Virus record (IMG/VR): IMGVR_UViG_3300006999_000001
Coordinates: 1-51,168 of that record
DNA length: 51,168 nucleotides
DNA from: a virus
Taxonomy: Duplodnaviria; Caudoviricetes
Direction: 5' to 3' (one strand)
In this document: in pieces, positions 17,294 through 27,707 of the stretch
Layout: each line of letters opens with the position of its first letter
Numbering within the stretch: the stretch's first letter is position 1
Program-made: the position numbers and the translations under genes
Notes under the pieces: generated by a model
What the model was told of the DNA's origin: nothing
Seen by the model: only the letters and a program-made list of their open reading frames with translations
The model's database searches: none

Positions 17294-18520
17294 ATGGCCG
17301 AAGTCGGCGAACTAACCTGGATTGCGGAGATAAAGGAGATCGCCAAGTCGAAGAAGTCAGCCGAGGAGATGAGCGACGGCCTCGAGGGGCTCGCCGATCA
17401 GGCCCGCGAGACCGATGAGGCGATGGATCAGGTCGGGGACTCCTCCGGCTCACTAAGTGATAGCTTCGGGAGCCTCGGGACACAATCCGGCTTCGTCTCC
17501 GGGGCCCTCGGGCTGCTCGGGTCGGGGCTGATGCTCCTGGTCGGGCAGTTCACCTCGGCGACCACGGCGACCGGTCTCCTGACCGGGGCGGTGAAAGGAC
17601 TGTACGGATGGCTCGTCGGGGGTGGTCTCACGTCAGCGTTCGGTACGCTGGCTGGTTATGCGAGCTCCTTCATCGGCTGGCTCGCGGCCGGGTCAGCCGG
17701 GGCCCTCGCCTTCGCGGCTGCCATCGGGGCGGTGATCGGCCTCTTCGCGGTCTGGATTCTCAAGATAACCGGGGTCCTGGACTGGATAGGGAGCCTCGGG
17801 ACCGCCCTCGCCGAGTCACTACCGGGGTGGGCCAACGACGCCATCCTCGCGGTTATCAGTATCTTCGCCGGCGGGCTCGCGCTCCTCGGGGCCCTGATAA
17901 TCGGGTTTATGGAGGGCGGTTTACAGGAGGCCATCGAGAGAGGTGAGGAGGTCCTCCAGATATTCGCCGGGGCCTGGACACGGCTCATCGGCGGGATAAT
18001 GGACACCCTCAACGACTGGAAGGACGACGTTATCAGCCTCGCCGAAGGGGTCGCCGAGGACCTCGCCTCCGCGGTCACCACCGGGGTGACCGGGCTCTTC
18101 AACGCGGTCGTCCCGGACTCGATCACGCTCCCCGAATTCAGTATCGGGGGCCAGCGTATCGCGGTCGACATCCCCCACATCGGGGAGGTCGGAGCTAACG
18201 TCCCGGAAATCAGCCTCGGGGGCGACACCCTCAACTTCCCGCAGCTGGCCAGCGGGGGTATGATTGAAGAGGGCGGTGGGGCCGTCCTCCACCAGGGTGA
18301 GATGGTCCTCCCGGCTGACGTGAGCCAGGACGTGATCGCGGCCCTCCGTTCCTCCGGCGGAAGCGGGGGAGCGGGGACGACCCTCAACATCGAGCGCCAG
18401 GTGATCGAGATCGGCGACCAGTCCATCGACCTCTCCGAGCTGACCCGGACGCAGATGGAGACGCTCGCAGACCTGATCGCCGAAAAGCAGGGCGACGAGC
18501 TCACCACACTCATCGGGTGA
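17294..18520 (+). CDS. Tape measure protein (short, 408 aa)
   Basis: MAEVGEL N-terminus, Ala/Gly-rich hydrophobic core, LASGG...LHQGEMVLP C-terminal motif. Confidence 0.85.
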   Translation: MAEVGELTWIAEIKEIAKSKKSAEEMSDGLEGLADQARETDEAMDQVGDSSGSLSDSFGSLGTQSGFVSGALGLLGSGLMLLVGQFTSATTATGLLTGAVKGLYGWLVGGGLTSAFGTLAGYASSFIGWLAAGSAGALAFAAAIGAVIGLFAVWILKITGVLDWIGSLGTALAESLPGWANDAILAVISIFAGGLALLGALIIGFMEGGLQEAIERGEEVLQIFAGAWTRLIGGIMDTLNDWKDDVISLAEGVAEDLASAVTTGVTGLFNAVVPDSITLPEFSIGGQRIAVDIPHIGEVGANVPEISLGGDTLNFPQLASGGMIEEGGGAVLHQGEMVLPADVSQDVIAALRSSGGSGGAGTTLNIERQVIEIGDQSIDLSELTRTQMETLADLIAEKQGDELTTLIG

Positions 18521-18526
18521 TAAAGA

Positions 18527-19009
18527 ATGCCAGACGACACCACCGACCTGGACGTACAGCTGATCCGGAACGACGGGACCGACACGTTCAACCTCAAGGT
18601 GAACAAGTGGGACCGTCAGATCGGGAACAACATCGTGACGAAGGGCATCCTCGGGGTGGCCGGCGACCTCTCCGGTAAGGAGGTGAACATCGGCTTCGAG
18701 AAGTACACCCTGGACGGGAAGCTCAACAACACCCAGGACGGGACGTACCCGACCGGCGGGAACTACCCGGACATCGACACCAACACCTGGGAGCGGGCGA
18801 CCGAGAAGGAGATGGCCCTGGCTCACGCCGCTCGGGTGTGGGGTCCGGACGCTTCTGACGGCTTCGACACCGTGGAGATCGGCCCGCGGACCCTCGGGGT
18901 TATGATAAGCAAACTGTCGACCACCGAGAACCGCTCAAAGACGGGGCCCGAGCAGTACAGCTTCACCGTCGAGCTCACGCACGCCGACGTGTACGTGGGG
19001 GACGACTGA
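18527..19009 (+). CDS. Distal tail-like protein
   Basis: Follows the tape measure; C-terminal YSFTVEL. Confidence 0.6.
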   Translation: MPDDTTDLDVQLIRNDGTDTFNLKVNKWDRQIGNNIVTKGILGVAGDLSGKEVNIGFEKYTLDGKLNNTQDGTYPTGGNYPDIDTNTWERATEKEMALAHAARVWGPDASDGFDTVEIGPRTLGVMISKLSTTENRSKTGPEQYSFTVELTHADVYVGDD

Positions 19010-19010
19010 T

Positions 19011-20435
19011 ATGGTGAGCGTCACCATCGCCGGGCAGGAGCCTGACGCCCTGATCGACGTGGAGACCAGCTCCCAGACCGGGGACCTCGGTCAGACCACT
19101 ATCGTGGTCGGGTCGACCTCGTTCAACAAGCAGACCTTCGGGAGCGGTGACAAGGTGACGATCACCCGGCCGAACGATGAGGACTGGAACGGGTACGTCA
19201 CCGGGAAGCCGACTCGGGCTGATAGCGGAACCCTCGAGATCGAGGCCCTGGACACCCGGTACGAGCTCAAGAACCTGGACGTCTACCGGGTGTTCTACGA
19301 CAAGGACGACGGTGAGATAATTCGGTCCGCGGTGACCGAGCAGGCCGACGGGCTCGGTGAGGTTCGAGTCCACGAAGGAGACGACCTCTCCGGATGGACC
19401 GGCGACACGCCGTACTTCGAGCTCGCCGGGCTCGAAACAAAACAGATTCACGACCGGGGCTCCGACCTCATCTTCCTGGGCATCCCGAGCGGGTCCTCCG
19501 GGAGCTATGAGGCGACCTTCTCGGACGTCCCCGGCTTCGCCATCCCGGGTGACGGTCAGCTCCTCCGGCTGGAGACCCGGCTGCTCGTGAACGACCCCGG
19601 GAACCAGATAACCGGGCAGATCGAGCTCCGAGACAACGCCGGGAACCAGTACGTGTGGGAGGTGGAGTACCGCGGGACTGACTTCAACGAGTACGAGCTC
19701 AAAGCCGAGGATGCTGACCCTGACGGAGAGGTCGGCAGCGACGGAACCCTCGAGTACCGGTTCGAGGTGAGCGGGGAGCTCACCGACAACGTCGGCATCG
19801 TGATCGACTACGCCTCAACGTACCCGTACCAGCTGACGGACCGTTCCGGTTCGAGTATAACCGTGAACAACGTCGGAGACACCGGTCGGTCGATCACCCG
19901 GCGGGTCGATAAGTCGGCCCTCGAGATACTCCAGGACCTCCAGACCGAGAACGGGTACACCAGCTGGATAGATTCGAACGAGGACCTTCACTTCGAGCAG
20001 GCCGGCGGGAGCGGCCCCGGCCTCCAGATCGTCAGGGGGACGACCGCGGTCACGAAGGCCGACTTCAACACGAAGTACGACACCGTGAAGAACAAGGTCA
20101 CCGTCCAGGGGGCCGGGAACGTACAGCGGACGCTCCGTGATCCCGGGTCCATCGCCTTCTACGGGGTGGCCCCGCGCAGCGAGCCCCTGGTCGATGAGAC
20201 TATCCAGACAAACAGCGAGGCCGAGGACCGCGGTCGGGGCTTCCTCGAGGAGAACGCCTGGAACGACACGGTCGCAACTTTTGAGGTGGCCAACACCGAG
20301 TTCCAGCAACTCTCAAAGGGCGACTCGGTGTACGTCAGCTGGCCCCCGCAGAACCTGGACGGGGACTTCGTGGTCAACTCCAAGAGCGTCGACAAGTCCG
20401 GCATCGTCTCCCTGGACCTGGGGGTGAGGGTCTGA
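19011..20435 (+). CDS. Tail tip/baseplate hub (Tal-like) protein with an inserted domain
   Basis: WIDSNEDLHF, NKVTVQG and SIAFYGV are typical hub motifs. Confidence 0.75.
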   Translation: MVSVTIAGQEPDALIDVETSSQTGDLGQTTIVVGSTSFNKQTFGSGDKVTITRPNDEDWNGYVTGKPTRADSGTLEIEALDTRYELKNLDVYRVFYDKDDGEIIRSAVTEQADGLGEVRVHEGDDLSGWTGDTPYFELAGLETKQIHDRGSDLIFLGIPSGSSGSYEATFSDVPGFAIPGDGQLLRLETRLLVNDPGNQITGQIELRDNAGNQYVWEVEYRGTDFNEYELKAEDADPDGEVGSDGTLEYRFEVSGELTDNVGIVIDYASTYPYQLTDRSGSSITVNNVGDTGRSITRRVDKSALEILQDLQTENGYTSWIDSNEDLHFEQAGGSGPGLQIVRGTTAVTKADFNTKYDTVKNKVTVQGAGNVQRTLRDPGSIAFYGVAPRSEPLVDETIQTNSEAEDRGRGFLEENAWNDTVATFEVANTEFQQLSKGDSVYVSWPPQNLDGDFVVNSKSVDKSGIVSLDLGVRV

Positions 20436-21283
20436 TGGCCGACCTCTCATCGGATAAGAAGCTGGTGTGGCTCGGCTTCAAGAACCCGCAGCAGGACGTG
20501 AACCAGGCCGGGACGGACCTCCAGAAGCTCAAAGACAACGTCGGGGACTTCGGGACCTTCCAGGATCAGCTGGACGCCTACGACCTCGACGGCGACGGGA
20601 GCGATGAGGATATCTCGGACTTCACGCAGTTTAAGACCTACCTCGAGGACAACGGCTTCACCTCCCTCGAGGCCGACTCATTCATCCAGAAAATCAAAAA
20701 CAGCTTTGAGGATGCTGACGAGGACGGGTCAAAGTACGGCGACTTCGAGACGTACGTCCAGGACACCGCGACCTCCTACGAGGAGCTGCAGTCGCAGTTC
20801 GGCTCAACGTCAGGTATGACCGGAGAGACCGAAACCGCCGACGGCGAGAAGGTCACCGGGATTATCTTCCACGAGGAGGTCGGGGTCAGCAAGGACGGGG
20901 TGAACGTCCCCCCCGGAACCACCGAGATTATCGGGAACCGAATCGAGTTCTCCCAGACCGATCAGATCGAGACGGGCGAGCCGCTTATGTCGTACAGCAA
21001 CCTCCAGGTGAGCGAAACGACACCGTACACGTACGAGACGATCACGATCAGTGCGGACCTCGAGAACATCGGGGACGTGAGCGGTGACGCCTACCCGCAG
21101 CTGAAAGTCGACGGTGAGGTAGTGAAGGCCCAGGGCCCTATCTTCCTCTTTAACGGCGAGTCGACCACCGTGGAGTTCGAGTACAGCTTCGAGGAGCTGG
21201 TGAGCGTCGAAATGACCATCGACACCCTCGAGTCGCAAACGGTCTCGGTGATCCCGCCGATCCTGGGAGGGTACATCCGATAA
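20435..21283 (+). CDS. Tail tip protein with a C-terminal CARDB/Ig-like domain
   Basis: ITISADLENIGDVSG...VDGEVV...GESTTVEF. Confidence 0.65.
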   Translation: MADLSSDKKLVWLGFKNPQQDVNQAGTDLQKLKDNVGDFGTFQDQLDAYDLDGDGSDEDISDFTQFKTYLEDNGFTSLEADSFIQKIKNSFEDADEDGSKYGDFETYVQDTATSYEELQSQFGSTSGMTGETETADGEKVTGIIFHEEVGVSKDGVNVPPGTTEIIGNRIEFSQTDQIETGEPLMSYSNLQVSETTPYTYETITISADLENIGDVSGDAYPQLKVDGEVVKAQGPIFLFNGESTTVEFEYSFEELVSVEMTIDTLESQTVSVIPPILGGYIR

Positions 21284-22263
21284 TGCCACGAAGAATTGAG
21301 GAGACGGTTGCGGAGAACCGGTCCGGACAGAAGCGCCTCGAGGGGTACGCCATCGAGGTTAGTTCTGACGCCACCCGCGACTACGTGTTCACCGGGAACA
21401 CCGTGGAGGTCGGCGTCGGTGTTGAGGTGTACACCCGCCCGCTCCGGACCTCGCTCATAATGGGCCACCCGGACTCGGCCCAGGGGATGGGGCGGGGAGA
21501 GGTCGGCGATCACCGCGGGGACTGGACCCTCGTCACCGACACCGAGGAGTCCGGTGAGTTCACGACCGGCGGGCGGGGGACCGTGGTCGACGCCCTGGCC
21601 GGTGGGCAGATCGGGCTCGCGGCCCTGGCGGTCGGCTCAAGCTCAACCGCGGCCGGGACCGGGAACACCTCCCTCGGCTCACCGAGCGGGACGAACTTCG
21701 CGTTCGGGACCAAGGACGCCTCGAACGTGACCCGGGCCCAGGCCCCATTCCTCTTCTCGGAGTTCGGTGACGTCGTGACCGAGTACGGAGTTGAGGATCA
21801 GGACGGGACGCTTATGTGCCGGCTGACCACTACCGCGGTCGACCCGGCAGCCGACGAGGAGCTCAAGGCCGAGGTTACCTTCGAGTTTAACGGCGACGGC
21901 ATCGGGGACTCCGTTATCACCGACGCGGGTGAGAAGGGGCTGGCCGACGCCATCCAGATACAAAGCGAGACCGTCGGCCTGTGGGAGGTGGCCCTCGGGA
22001 CCGGAACGACTGACCCGAAGAAGTCGGATACTTCCCTCACCAACGAGCAGGACCGGAAGCGGGCCTCACGGGAGGGCGGTTCGGAGACCGTTCGGGCGTC
22101 CACCAAGTGGTACAAGAGTGAGCCGGCCGGGCAGCCCCTGGACGTGAGCGAGCTCGGGGTGTTCGACTTCGACGGAAACCTGGTGTGGTTCGGGACGTTC
22201 GACCCGTTCGAGAAGAACGAGGCGTTCCCGTTCCAGGGCGGGGCTCAAATCCGTATCATATAG
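21283..22263 (+). CDS. Minor tail protein (two similar fibre-attachment-like domains)
   Basis: ALAVGSS/VALGTG and EYGVED/ELGVFD form an internal duplication. Confidence 0.65.
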   Translation: MPRRIEETVAENRSGQKRLEGYAIEVSSDATRDYVFTGNTVEVGVGVEVYTRPLRTSLIMGHPDSAQGMGRGEVGDHRGDWTLVTDTEESGEFTTGGRGTVVDALAGGQIGLAALAVGSSSTAAGTGNTSLGSPSGTNFAFGTKDASNVTRAQAPFLFSEFGDVVTEYGVEDQDGTLMCRLTTTAVDPAADEELKAEVTFEFNGDGIGDSVITDAGEKGLADAIQIQSETVGLWEVALGTGTTDPKKSDTSLTNEQDRKRASREGGSETVRASTKWYKSEPAGQPLDVSELGVFDFDGNLVWFGTFDPFEKNEAFPFQGGAQIRII

Positions 22264-22281
22264 CGGCCGGGCTCCGCGGCC

Positions 22282-22296
22282 GGGTATGGGTACAAA
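22282..22296 (+). promoter_or_regulatory. GGGTATGGGTACAAA motif before the tail fibre gene
   Basis: Exact 15-mer. Confidence 0.75.
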
Positions 22297-22311
22297 TCTA
22301 CGGAGTAAGAG

Positions 22312-24249
22312 ATGCCATCCGCTCCCAAGCTCGAGGCCCCGCAGGGCCAGCCACTCTTCGACGTACAGTTCCGGGCGATCAGCGAGTCCCTGGCCGGGAA
22401 CGGCGTCCTCACAAACAGCGACCTCGAGGTGACCGACGGGGCTAACGCCCTCGAGATCGACGTCGCGGCCGGGACCGCATACTACGTCGCCACCGAGTAC
22501 AGCTTCGCCGGGGCAGCGCCGGCCGCGACCCTCTCCGCGGGGGACGCGAACTACGACCGGTGGGATACGGTCGCGTTCGATACCGCCGACCAGACGATCA
22601 CGGTCCGCGAAGGGGTCGCCGAGCAGTACCCGACCCCACCTGACATCGCGGGTGGTGAGCTGCTCCTGGCCATCGTGTACGTCCCGGCCGGGGCGACTGA
22701 CATCGGAGCCTCGAATATCCTCAACTGGCGGGCGAAGTTCTCCAACGAGGCCGAGGAGGTTCACTACGACGATACGCCCGGGGTGTACGGCATCGACAAC
22801 GTGGAGGCCGCGCTCGATGAGCTCCAGGAGGCCGCGCAAATCACGGCCTACCCGCTCGATATCGCAACCGACACCGAGGCCAATCAGTACCCGCTCGCCA
22901 ACTCCGACCTGGCAAACTCCACGATCACGGTGACCGCGGGGACCGCCCTGACTACCTCGAACGAGCAGATCGGCCTCGGCGGAAGTGCGACCCTCTCCAT
23001 CTCGGCCGGGGCCATCGGCCTCACCGAGCTCAACTCACCGTTCGCGCTCCCGTCGATCAGCGATATGGACGCCGGCGGAAACGACCTCGAGGATCAGGGA
23101 ACCACCATTTGGGACACTTCCGAGGGCGTCGTCCCGAGGCCCCAGGTGGACGATGAGCGAACCACCTCCGGCCCCCACACCGCGAACGTCACCACCTCCG
23201 GTGAGGAGGTCGTTCTGGTCGACACCTCTGGCGGGGTGGTCACCGTCACCCTCGCCTCGGCTGACGCGAACAACGGGAACTTCGTTTCGGTGGTGGACGT
23301 CGCAGGGGCCGCTTCAACGAAGCCGATCACGGTCGACACCGAGGGCTCCGAGACCATCGACGGGAACGGCTCACAAGAGATGGCCAACAACTACGGGGCC
23401 CTGATCGTCGCCTCGGACGGGGCCAACTGGTTCACGGCCGGCGGGAGTGCGGCTGGGGGCGGAGTCAACGTTGAGGACGACGGGGCGTCGGTTCTGGACG
23501 GGGCCTCCGGCCTGGACTTCGGGACGGACCTCGCCGTGACAGACAACGGCGACGGAACGGTGACCGTCGACTCCGACGCTGCCGGTGTGAACGTCCTGGC
23601 GACCGGGACCTTCACGCATACCGGAGGGTCAGCAACGAGCGAGACCATCGCCGGGGTCACGACCGACCAGACCGCGAACCTGTACGTTGAGGTCGGCGTC
23701 GATGCCGACCCCTCCTTCTCCGCGAACTACGCCTGGGACTATACCTGGGGTGAGGCCTGGGACGACACCAATTCGCAGAAGGACGTCACCATCGACGCGG
23801 CCTGGGATACTGACCCCGGCTCCGGGAACGACGTGGTCCTGGACTACCGGATTTATACGCTCGACGTGAGCATCAGCAAGTCCCGGATACAGAACCTGGT
23901 CGACTCACCGAATGGGCACATCCCCACGGCCCTCCTCGAGGACACCGAGTCGGTCGAAAACAGCGTTCCCGTACCGGACGGCGAGTCCCTGAAAGTGTAC
24001 CGGTGGGGGGCGTACCTGATCGCCGACGGGACCACACCAAGCGGAGTTGAGGTACAGCTCCTGGACGGGGGCGACTCCGTACAGGCCAGCGAAAACACCG
24101 CGAACACCGAGAGCACGAGCACGCCGGTGGCTCAACACGGGAACGCGAGCGGGAGCCTCTCAATCTTCAAACTCCGGATAACGAACCAAAGCGGGGCGAA
24201 CTACGCGACCGACGGCATCGGGGGCTTCTTCGCCTACGTGGTGGAATAA
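22312..24249 (+). CDS. Tail fibre/receptor-binding protein
   Basis: NVEAALDEL and VLVDTSGGVVTVTL..ETIDG modules; rich in Thr, Gly and Asp. Confidence 0.75.
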   Translation: MPSAPKLEAPQGQPLFDVQFRAISESLAGNGVLTNSDLEVTDGANALEIDVAAGTAYYVATEYSFAGAAPAATLSAGDANYDRWDTVAFDTADQTITVREGVAEQYPTPPDIAGGELLLAIVYVPAGATDIGASNILNWRAKFSNEAEEVHYDDTPGVYGIDNVEAALDELQEAAQITAYPLDIATDTEANQYPLANSDLANSTITVTAGTALTTSNEQIGLGGSATLSISAGAIGLTELNSPFALPSISDMDAGGNDLEDQGTTIWDTSEGVVPRPQVDDERTTSGPHTANVTTSGEEVVLVDTSGGVVTVTLASADANNGNFVSVVDVAGAASTKPITVDTEGSETIDGNGSQEMANNYGALIVASDGANWFTAGGSAAGGGVNVEDDGASVLDGASGLDFGTDLAVTDNGDGTVTVDSDAAGVNVLATGTFTHTGGSATSETIAGVTTDQTANLYVEVGVDADPSFSANYAWDYTWGEAWDDTNSQKDVTIDAAWDTDPGSGNDVVLDYRIYTLDVSISKSRIQNLVDSPNGHIPTALLEDTESVENSVPVPDGESLKVYRWGAYLIADGTTPSGVEVQLLDGGDSVQASENTANTESTSTPVAQHGNASGSLSIFKLRITNQSGANYATDGIGGFFAYVVE

Positions 24250-24250
24250 G

Positions 24251-24721
24251 ATGGCCCGAGGAATTGACGTCGACGGCCGCGGGGTGAAGGTCACGGCGGA
24301 AGCGGTGGAGTCGGGTGTGATCGATGAGGGGCTCCCCGTAACGAAGAACTGGGAGACCCCGACCGTAGCGGACGACGGGAGCCGAAGTGGCGATGGCCAT
24401 CTCACCGTTGACGATGACACGGGGACGTACTGCGTCCTGGACTCCGGCGACCCCGGGTATATCACCCACACGCCACCGGGCGAGTACAAGAATATCAGGT
24501 ACGACTTCAACAGTACCTCCGGGAACATCCACGTCGATTTAGTGGATGAGGGGGTCCGGGTGAAGGAGAACTGGAACCCGAACGGCTCGGGTTGGTATGA
24601 AATCAACCTGGAGACGAAGACGGGCGGGAGCATCCTCACGACCACTTCCGATTATAAAGTGACAGTTGACGACTCAACGAACAAGCGAGTCGCGGAGACG
24701 GACGTGGATACTGACGTATAG
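24251..24721 (+). CDS. Hypothetical protein (tail fibre-associated)
   Basis: Directly downstream of the fibre gene. Confidence 0.6.
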   Translation: MARGIDVDGRGVKVTAEAVESGVIDEGLPVTKNWETPTVADDGSRSGDGHLTVDDDTGTYCVLDSGDPGYITHTPPGEYKNIRYDFNSTSGNIHVDLVDEGVRVKENWNPNGSGWYEINLETKTGGSILTTTSDYKVTVDDSTNKRVAETDVDTDV

Positions 24722-24725
24722 GACG

Positions 24726-25430
24726 ATGCCAGGATCAGAATTCGTATATGAGTCGGGAGAAGCCGTGAACGTCGGGAGCCACGGCGAGAACGACTTTGTA
24801 TTCGCCAGCGGTGAACCGGTCTCCGACACCGGGGACAGCGAGCTCGTGTTCGAGTCCGGCGTCGGCCTCGGCGGGGGTCAGGGATGGACGATCACCATCA
24901 GCGACTCGAACGGGAAAGAGTCGGGCAGTCTGCAGGTGATCGAGCGGGACCAGACCGTGGAGGAATTCTACGGGTACGAGACCGGCAGCCCGGTATCGAG
25001 TGCTGGCGGTGAGGCCGGGACCGAATTCGCGCAGGACGGTTACCTGACGTGGATGGTGTACCGGAACACCGGGACCGGGACCCTTAGCCTGGTGGTCGTG
25101 TACGACGAACACGGAGGTAGTTATGAGGGGAGCGGGAGCAGCCCGTTCGACGTATCGTACGACGGTCTCGCCAGCAGTACGAGCATCGCGGTTCGGGACG
25201 ACGACTCGGACTCTTACTCGTTGAACCCACCGAGCGGGTACACGGCTCACACCTGGGGTGGGAATAACACCGACGGCGTGGTGTTCAAGGACGCGTTCGA
25301 CGGCGAATTAACCATCTCTCTTGGCAGCTCCCTCGGTGACTTCTACTCGGCCCGAGGCATCGGTGAGAATAAGGACACCGTGTCGCGGGCGGTGATCGAG
25401 AACGAGACGACGATCACCATCTCGATATAG
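24726..25430 (+). CDS. Putative adhesin/tail fibre tip protein
   Basis: Three N-terminal (F/L)V(Y/F)xSG repeats; Gly/Ser-rich beta protein. Confidence 0.6.
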   Translation: MPGSEFVYESGEAVNVGSHGENDFVFASGEPVSDTGDSELVFESGVGLGGGQGWTITISDSNGKESGSLQVIERDQTVEEFYGYETGSPVSSAGGEAGTEFAQDGYLTWMVYRNTGTGTLSLVVVYDEHGGSYEGSGSSPFDVSYDGLASSTSIAVRDDDSDSYSLNPPSGYTAHTWGGNNTDGVVFKDAFDGELTISLGSSLGDFYSARGIGENKDTVSRAVIENETTITISI

Positions 25431-25537
25431 TAGCCTCCGGAGGGGGTCCCCTGGCTGTACGGTAAAGTAAATATCCCCGACCTTCCTTCTACCGTACAAG
25501 TAATGGATTTTCCCTCACCAATCAGGTGTTCTCCCGT

Positions 25538-26011
25538 ATGGTGACGCCGGAGCTGGTCGTGACCGCAACCCTCGGGGTCGCGGGGCTGCTCGTCACCGGC
25601 GGGGGTTTTCTGTACCGCCGGGACGACAAACACAAGAACGACCTCGAAGAGGAGATCGAGAGTAACGGCGAGGCTATCGAGGAGCTGGATACCGCCTTCG
25701 GGCGGATGGCTCAACGGTTGTTCGGTCACCCGGAGGACGAGACCGACTCCGGGGCCCTCCTAACACGGGAGGAACGGGTGGCGGCTGCGGAAGAGGACAT
25801 CGACTCACTTTCTGACGAAGTACAGCACGCGAAAGAGGCGGCCGAGGAGAACGGTGAGCACATCGAGCACCTGGACGAGCGGGTGACCGAGCACGCTCAC
25901 CAGACCCGGGCCGCGCTCGAGCGTATCGAAGAGCAGCTGGACGAGTCCCTGATCCCGCGAGACGACAGCGACGACTTCCTCCGCGGGGGCGGGGCCGGAG
26001 GGGACGACTGA
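25538..26011 (+). CDS. Single-pass membrane protein with a coiled coil (possible lysis module)
   Basis: N-terminal hydrophobic helix followed by heptad-like acidic helices. Confidence 0.65.
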   Translation: MVTPELVVTATLGVAGLLVTGGGFLYRRDDKHKNDLEEEIESNGEAIEELDTAFGRMAQRLFGHPEDETDSGALLTREERVAAAEEDIDSLSDEVQHAKEAAEENGEHIEHLDERVTEHAHQTRAALERIEEQLDESLIPRDDSDDFLRGGGAGGDD

Positions 26012-26013
26012 CG

Positions 26014-26388
26014 ATGCCCGTCGACGGAGACGACGTCCTGGTCAGCCTTCCGCGGCCGGTCGGGAACCTCACCTACGACGAGTGGCATTCGGCCCTCCTG
26101 GGTATCGTCCCGGGGTGGCTCATCGGTCTCGGGGCCCTTCTCGGTCACCACGAGCTGGTCTTTTACTTCGGCCTCTCCCTGATCGCGGCCGCCGGCGTCC
26201 TCCGGGCGAAGAACGTTCCGAAGATCGGGGAGGCCCTCGCCCGGGCCGGGGTCAGCCTCAAGAAGAAGTGCCCGAACCGAAGCGCGAAGGCCGCCGGGGT
26301 GATCCGCCGGGAGCCCTGGGACTTCCTGACGGTCCTCGCGGTGGCCGGGGCCGCGACCTACGGAGTGGGGTTATGGCCCTGGCTATGA
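26014..26388 (+). CDS. Multi-pass membrane protein (holin-like position)
   Basis: About three hydrophobic segments. Confidence 0.65.
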   Translation: MPVDGDDVLVSLPRPVGNLTYDEWHSALLGIVPGWLIGLGALLGHHELVFYFGLSLIAAAGVLRAKNVPKIGEALARAGVSLKKKCPNRSAKAAGVIRREPWDFLTVLAVAGAATYGVGLWPWL

Positions 26389-26984
26389 GGTCGACCGCCG
26401 GGGAGGGTGGAGAGAACGAGAACTTCCGTCGGTTCGAGGCCCTCTTCGCGGCCGAGCTCGATGAGCTCCAGGACACCGCCCGCGACCGCGGGGTCAGCCT
26501 CGAGGAGGTCGCCGAGGCGTACTTCGTGATCGTCAGCGGTGAGGACCCGATGGTCAAGCACACCGAGCTCCGGGATGCCCTCAACCGGGAGTGGCGGGAC
26601 GCCTGGGAGATCGCCTCGGTCCTGGTCGACTTCGGCGAGGCTCACCTCTCAAAGAAGGACGGCTGGTGGTGGGTGATCGCCAGTCAGTTCCTCGCCGAGA
26701 AGTGCGATCAGCGGAGCATCGGCCTCAAGCAGTATATGGAGATGCGGCCGGACCTGGTCCCGTTCCAGGACGACGTGATCCAGTGGTATCAGACCCGGCA
26801 GATGAACGGGAACCTGCAGCGCCGGACGATGAGGGAAATCAAGGTCAGCCACGGCGAGCGCCTCGCCGAGCAGTACTACCCGGAGAAGCCGCTCGACACC
26901 GAGCACTTCCACGATCACATAATCGCCCGGTACATCAAAACCGCGCAGGACGAGATTGTTGAGGCCCTGGACCTCTCCTACTGA
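26385..26984 (+). CDS. Hypothetical protein
   Basis: ATG at 26385 overlaps the upstream stop; 199 aa. Confidence 0.7.
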   Translation: MRSTAGEGGENENFRRFEALFAAELDELQDTARDRGVSLEEVAEAYFVIVSGEDPMVKHTELRDALNREWRDAWEIASVLVDFGEAHLSKKDGWWWVIASQFLAEKCDQRSIGLKQYMEMRPDLVPFQDDVIQWYQTRQMNGNLQRRTMREIKVSHGERLAEQYYPEKPLDTEHFHDHIIARYIKTAQDEIVEALDLSY

Positions 26985-27268
26985 TCCGGGCCGTCGACGT
27001 CACCGAAGCAGTCGGGGTCAGTACAGACCGGGTGGAAGCCGGGCGGGTACACCGCGGCCGGTTTGGCCTGCCAGGTCGCCTCCTCGGAGGTGAGCGAGGT
27101 CCCGCAGGCCACCTCACACTCCTCCCCGTTCCCGAGATCGCCGGCGTCGGGGTCTCCGTTCACCTTATGGAGCCGCCGGGATGAACCGTGAGCCGTCGAT
27201 ATCGCCACATAGGAGGCCTGCTCCTGGTGATTCACCGCCTCGACCCCGGGGGTTGTGGTCTTACTCAT
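26978..27268 (-). CDS. Small Cys/His-containing protein
   Basis: H...VACG...CTDPDC; coupled start/stop. Confidence 0.6.
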   Translation of the reverse strand: MSKTTTPGVEAVNHQEQASYVAISTAHGSSRRLHKVNGDPDAGDLGNGEECEVACGTSLTSEEATWQAKPAAVYPPGFHPVCTDPDCFGDVDGPDQ

Positions 27269-27707
27269 CGCTCCATCGCCTCCCTGACGCGATCAGGTGG
27301 ACCGTTGAGATGGAGACGCCGAATTCCTCGGCGAGGTCCCCGTGTTTCTCCTCATCGGCCCGGCCGCGAATCTCGAGCGCCTCCAGCTCGGTCAGCTTCG
27401 AGTTGGGGTTTGCCTCTCCGGCCGCCTCTCTTCGGTCCCGGTCCCAAGCATCCTGCAGGTTGTCTGACGGGGAGCCGAGGTACAGGTGGTTTGGGTTTAC
27501 GCAGGTGGGGTTGTCGCAGGTGTGGAGCACCCACTGATCGCCGGGGGCGGAATGCTCGAGGGTGTACGACACCCGGTGGGCCATCCGGACCTCACCGTTC
27601 ACGCTCACCGTCCCGTATCCGTCGGAGTTCGAACCGGCCGTCCAGGGCCAGCACTCCTCCGGGTCACCTTTCTCGACGTCGCTCCAGAACCGGGGCTCAA
27701 ACTTCAT
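27261..27707 (-). CDS. HNH homing endonuclease with a C-terminal HTH
   Basis: RFW..V..CWPW..GYG..AHRVSY..LHTCDNPTCVNPNHL. Confidence 0.9.
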   Translation of the reverse strand: MKFEPRFWSDVEKGDPEECWPWTAGSNSDGYGTVSVNGEVRMAHRVSYTLEHSAPGDQWVLHTCDNPTCVNPNHLYLGSPSDNLQDAWDRDRREAAGEANPNSKLTELEALEIRGRADEEKHGDLAEEFGVSISTVHLIASGRRWSDE

